Sequence record: NC_070962.1
Reading direction: 5' to 3' (one strand)
DNA: 64,000 nt
Shown: piece by piece, positions 59,224 to 64,000 of the stretch
Layout of the letters: the number at the start of each line of letters is the position of its first letter
Numbering within the stretch: position 1 is the first letter of the stretch
The notes under the pieces: generated by a model
Database searches by the model: none
The model's input: the letters and a program-made list of their open reading frames with translations, nothing else
What the model was told of the DNA's origin: nothing
Translations under genes and position numbers: made by a program

Positions 59224-59299
59224 GTGGACACTTTGACAAACTGTCCACTATCGGTTGATCTGGACCCGTTTTCCTGTATTCTATAAGAGTCAAAGGAAC
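59224..59299 (+). repeat. Early-promoter cassette, copy B
   Basis: GTGGACA-CTTTGACAAAC-TGTCCAC palindrome. About 58 nt match copy A with 3 mismatches. Confidence 0.85.
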
Positions 59300-59306
59300 G
59301 AAACCC

Positions 59307-59546
59307 ATGCGAGACTTCATCTGTGTTTATTTTGGCAAGGATTGGGCAATCAATGCCCGTGGATTCTCCAGTGCTAAACAAGCAGAAAAGCATGGTCTTT
59401 TTATGATGCCAATGGCAGGATGTTTCGGGTTTGCTATTATTGAAGAGGACATAGGTTGCTGGAATGTAGATTGGGATCGCAGCATTTTATCAGGTAAAGA
59501 GACAGTAACTCAAGACAATCTCGGTAACTTTGCAATCTCCTTCTGA
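59307..59546 (+). CDS. Hypothetical protein
   Basis: First gene after cassette B. Confidence 0.65.
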   Translation: MRDFICVYFGKDWAINARGFSSAKQAEKHGLFMMPMAGCFGFAIIEEDIGCWNVDWDRSILSGKETVTQDNLGNFAISF

Positions 59547-59878
59547 TGTTATTCATTTCTGGCAAATCTAAGCACACTCATCTCACTCAGAGTGTGTTTG
59601 AGTTCTTTACAACCAAATATGAAATTGACAGTGACGTTGAGGTTTATCACACTGACCTAAGTGATGATAATGCCTTCGGATTCACTGAGGTTAATGGTGA
59701 TGAGCAATTTGTTCAGATTCACAATGATCTGAATGAAAAAGACTATGTTGTTACATTGCTGCACGAATTGGTTCACGTTGTTCAAAATGAAAATGGGCAA
59801 TTTGATGATGAAGAGAGAGAAAATGAAGCATATACTTTGGAGCAAGTTCTTTACAACAACTATTGTGCCAGTCGGTAA
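59546..59878 (+). CDS. Small zincin (HExxH) metallopeptidase, ImmA/IrrE-like
   Basis: TLLHELVHVVQ...E.EA. Confidence 0.75.
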   Translation: MLFISGKSKHTHLTQSVFEFFTTKYEIDSDVEVYHTDLSDDNAFGFTEVNGDEQFVQIHNDLNEKDYVVTLLHELVHVVQNENGQFDDEERENEAYTLEQVLYNNYCASR

Positions 59879-59938
59879 GGTGTCCACTTTTGGTTGATCT
59901 GCTCCCGTTTTCCTGTATTCTATAAGAGTCAAAGGAAC
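59865..59938 (+). repeat. Early-promoter cassette, copy C
   Basis: GTGCCAGTC-n6-GTGTCCAC plus the identical 25-nt core. Confidence 0.85.
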
Positions 59939-59943
59939 ACACC

Positions 59944-61544
59944 ATGAAACCCTATCCACTTGGCATCGACAATCCAATCAAAGTTAAAGCAGTTTGGGGT
60001 TCACATAAGTGGGCACTTTACTGGAAAGATGATCACACTAAGATCGCAACATTTCCAAACGAGTTTGTAGCAATGCAGGCACGTCGTTCCATCATTGAAT
60101 CTCTTTGATCATGAAAGTTCTTGTTCTCATTGTCATTGCCATTCTGTTCTGGAGTAGTGATGATGCCCGAAGATTTACTGCTGACGGTCTCAACAATGCT
60201 GCCAAAGTTATTCAACCTCGATGAAAACAACCACTGCAACTTATCAAATTGAAGTCACAACAGATGAAGGATATTTGTCCTTCATTAAAGTGATGCCCAC
60301 CAAACCAAAAACACACAAAGGAGTTAAATCACAGAACAATAAGTTATCAAAATGGGTAGAAAAACAATACCCTAACTTCACTTCCTACGAAATTTCTCCT
60401 CTCGACTGATGAACTACACTCTCAAACAACTGCAAGACAAACTGAATAGAATGATCGCAGATCAGGGTGAAGATGCACAATGTGCAGCATGGATTTACAC
60501 CAAAGAGGACATTTATCGAGTTGATGAAGACGGAGAATTTGATTACTTTGCACTCGACAATCCTGAACTGGTTGAACGTGTCTTCGATGATGTTGGCAAC
60601 ATTGATTACATCTACCAAGTCATTCAAGAATGTGTAGATGAAGTTGCAGAAGAGCAATTTGTTCAACAACAGCAGGAGTTAGTCTGATGCAATTCCGTAT
60701 CACTGACATTGAATTTGACTTTGAAGATTCTCAAGGAGAGTTACCCTATGATGAGCAAGTTGCCATCGTTGATGATGTTATGTCAATCACCTGGGATGCT
60801 GCTGACAATGAAGATCTAGTAGAAGAGATTACCTGTTCCACAGGATTTTGCGTCAAAAGTATTGATTACTGCTACGTTCTTAAATGATCACTTCCAAGGC
60901 ACATATGCTCCGCATCATGAAAAATTGTGATGGAGCAAATACTCTCACCCGAGAAGAAAAGTTTCAAGTCTTCTGCAACGTGTGCGACAACATGTTGAAA
61001 GAAGGTAGAATGACCAAAGCAACTCACAAACGTTTCACTGAAATCTGGTAATTATGATCAAGAAAGGTGGCAATCCTTCTCCAGTTCAAGTTTGCAAAGG
61101 ATTGAAAGGTTACAATGTCTGGGTCTATAAATCTAGTACAATGCACCCTGATGGTGTTATTAGACATCATTACAAAACTCTCACTGCTAAGGGAAAGTAT
61201 TTCAGAAAATGTGATGCTTACTCTGTCGGTTGGGATTACATCGAAAATCAAAACTTTTCTCACTGTTTATGACAATGACCGAACAAGAAAAAGATCAACT
61301 TGCTGTATGTAAAGAACAAGGATTGCCTAATGATGCTGAACTCATTGATGATGTTTTTTATGTTTGGGAAACTCGGTTTGGATTACACTCAACAATGACA
61401 AAACAAGGTCGTAAAATGTTGACTGGACTAAAAAAGGAAGATGTAGTGAACATGACACGTTGGCATCTTCAATGTGAACAAGAAGGCACACTTGAAAAAT
61501 ATAGTAGAGTTGTAGGGTCTGCGATTGTAGGAGGCAAACTGTAA
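59944..61544 (+). CDS. Run of eight small hypothetical ORFs (59944..60108, 60111..60224, 60221..60409, 60409..60687, 60687..60887, 60884..61051, 61054..61272, ~61269..61544)
   Basis: Tightly packed with stop/start overlaps. Three were found by hand because they are below the 60-aa track limit. Confidence 0.6.
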
Positions 61545-61561
61545 AGAAATGGGTTTGGGGT

Positions 61562-61635
61562 GTGCCAGTTGGACAACCTGCACACATTTTTGGCACTGCC
61601 CTCAAAACCGTGTATTCTATAAGAGTCAAAGGAAC
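61562..61635 (+). repeat. Early-promoter cassette, copy D
   Basis: GTGCCAGTT-n7-CTGCACAC plus the identical 25-nt core at 61611. Confidence 0.8.
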
Positions 61636-61644
61636 ACAACCGAC

Positions 61645-64000
61645 ATGGCACAACCGATCTTCACTCTCTCTCCTGAAATGCAAGAATCCTGGGATTATGT
61701 TATGGGACAAATGTTGTCCTTCGTCAATGACACAAATGCCGATGTAGATATGGCATATGATTTTGTTTGCGAGCAACTGGACATTGATTCCTTTGTTGAT
61801 AACGAAGCAGCATGGAATGACTTCTATGATACTTGGGAAGCAGCAGACAATCGTAACTGCACTGAGTACAACTTCGTCTGATTCTTAACACTTTCCACCT
61901 CTACTTTCTTCATTATGTTTCAACACAGACTTCCTAACGGCAACATCATCATGCACGAAGGATTGCCCCGTGAACTTGCTATCAAACGAATGGAAGATGA
62001 GGCACGTTGGGTACAAGAACACCGTGAAGAATTGAACCGTGATTCACAACAACTGTTCGATGATATGTTTGGAGGTTAATGATGCAAACACCTAACATTG
62101 TTCGTCGGACTGGTTATCATCAATTCAAAACCATTCCTAACACAAAACAACCCAAATTCATCAAAGTTCTAGATCCTAAGTCACTCAAAGTTTCCATCAT
62201 CTCAACAAAATGAATTACACTGATCCTTGCACCATGGCACTCGACACCGACGAAAAGATCCGTGAAATTATGGATCTTCCTGCTGAAATCTACGACATTC
62301 CAGAAATTTCTGATGCCGAAGATTTTAACATGAATGATTATCTGTCTGCTGATTACGATTACTAATTGATGTCTTTCGTTTCTTTTTCCACTGATCCTAA
62401 CACCATGAAAAAACTGACTAACGATCAACTCGACAAACTGAAAGAGAATTATGCTCTGCACATTGTAGATGGTATGGATATGGATACTCTCGTTACTTTT
62501 GCTGTTGATAGTATCATGCAAAATATGGAAATGTGGGATCAGGAAGATGTTACCGAAGAGATTGTGGATTTATATGATGAAGAAATGCTTAATGATCTTC
62601 TAGAAGGTGTTTAATTGATGATATAATTATGTTAGTTCTCAAACATCGTATGGATCTTGATTCACTCACGCATGACCAATTAGAGGCACTATCTGAGGAT
62701 TGTGAGGATTATCTCATTCACAGATATATTCCCTTGACATCACATTCCTATTCCAATATAATCAATCAAGCAATCAAAGAGGGTTATCGTCTTGAAAAGT
62801 TCGACCGTTTCATTCACAAAAGTTCGTCTCAGTGATGATGAGTTAAATGTTCTGATGACTGCACTTCAGTTAATGACATTGGAGGAGCAAAAAGATTGTG
62901 AAGAACAATTCTGCGTCAGAACACCTGCACTGTTTAACAAACTTCTATCGAGTTATGAAGTGCGAGGTTAAATTATATGTTGCGGGCACTGTATTCACTG
63001 AAGAAGTCATTGCCCGTGACTATCAAGAAGCAAGAAAAGTTGCTCTTGCTCGTAATCCAAATGCCACTGTAGTTTCAGTCACAGCAAAACTATGAAGACC
63101 GAACATCTTGAAAATCTTGAAGTCAATGAACTGGAAAGATTTTTTGAACATGCTGAGAAAGAAGCAGAACGATTAGAGATCACTGTTGATTACTACATTG
63201 CGGAGTTCCTATGAAATTGAAAGAAGAATCAATGCTTCATGAAGAACTTAGGTATGAACTTCGTTGCTGGTTCAGTGCATGTATTGAGAAAGAAGTTGAA
63301 CCGATTCAAATCTATGAGATGCTGTTATCTGAGTCAAAAATTTGTAAAGATCGTGCATTAGATCATTATGAAAAGACATCAGAAATTCATGATTTGTTGA
63401 TTGGTAATTTATCACCATCTGACTTTAATCCATGACCGTTGAGTTACCATCAGACTTTCCACATTCTGCACCCGAAGGATTTTCTTACGTCACTGAGCAA
63501 CACAATGCTAGCACTGTTTCGATTTGGTTATTACATCATCGTCGGTATATTTTTCATGACAGTGATTCACCTGTTCGGACAATCTGGGGATTCTATAAAC
63601 CCAAATCACGAAAGTATTATGCACCAATCAATGTCAAGAAACCTGGAAAAGAGGTTGACATAGTATCCACAACTCCTTATACTTCGATGCAGTTGAAGTT
63701 CTCCAATGCCCTCGAATCTGCGTTATTCGGTTGCTCTTAAACATCTGTATGCGTTGTGCGAGTGTTTAGAATGGGATCGTGAATTGACTAGTCATCTTAT
63801 TACATTAGAAACCGAATTGAACTATCGCCAATGTTTACTGAAGGAACAATCATCGAATACAAAGGACACCAAGGACCAATTAAACATGTGAATGATCAAG
63901 CAATTACCTTTACAATTTCCCTTTCTCCTGATAAAATGAGAGAGGTCAATATGGTGATCTACAATCACTCATTTGATCAAATTACATTTCCTGATAGCAA
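61645..64000 (+). CDS. Run of small hypothetical early ORFs (61645..61881, 61915..62079, 62210..62365, ~62405..62614, 62629..62835, ~62946..63095, 63092..63214, 63211..63435, 63432..63740, and a partial ORF to the window end)
   Basis: Dense, overlapping short acidic ORFs typical of cyanomyovirus early regions. Confidence 0.55.

Noticed and set aside
54862-61635. Direct repeats as a CRISPR array
   Set aside because: Copies are hundreds to thousands of nt apart, each leads into a gene start, and no cas genes are present.

Overview
64 kb of a T4-like cyanophage (Kyanoviridae-type cyanomyovirus, probably infecting marine Synechococcus). Essentially all genes lie on the + strand. 1-10.2 kb holds baseplate hub/gp5-like genes with cp12 embedded. 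10.2-11.9 kb is a sigma70-driven island with cpeT, a 2OG-Fe(II) oxygenase, tRNA-Ile(UAU) and tRNA-Leu(UAA). 11.9-44.0 kb is a long block of late virion and tail-fibre genes behind TAAATA promoters, including a subtilase-bearing protein and an esterase-bearing one. 44.0-45.8 kb has an unannotated NblA-like ORF and an SF2 helicase. 45.8-54.9 kb is the most unusual part: two paralogous tail-collar/needle proteins, one carrying a ~240-aa Lys-free insertion of ~31% Arg between its HxH motifs. Next come a Cys4 protein and a fibre-chaperone-like protein with a long acidic coiled coil whose net charge (about -62) nearly mirrors that of the insertion (about +69). Seven 2OG-Fe(II) oxygenase genes surround the unit. 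54.9-64 kb is an early region of small ORFs behind repeated promoter cassettes. All assignments come from motif recognition by eye and hand counts; no database searches were run.
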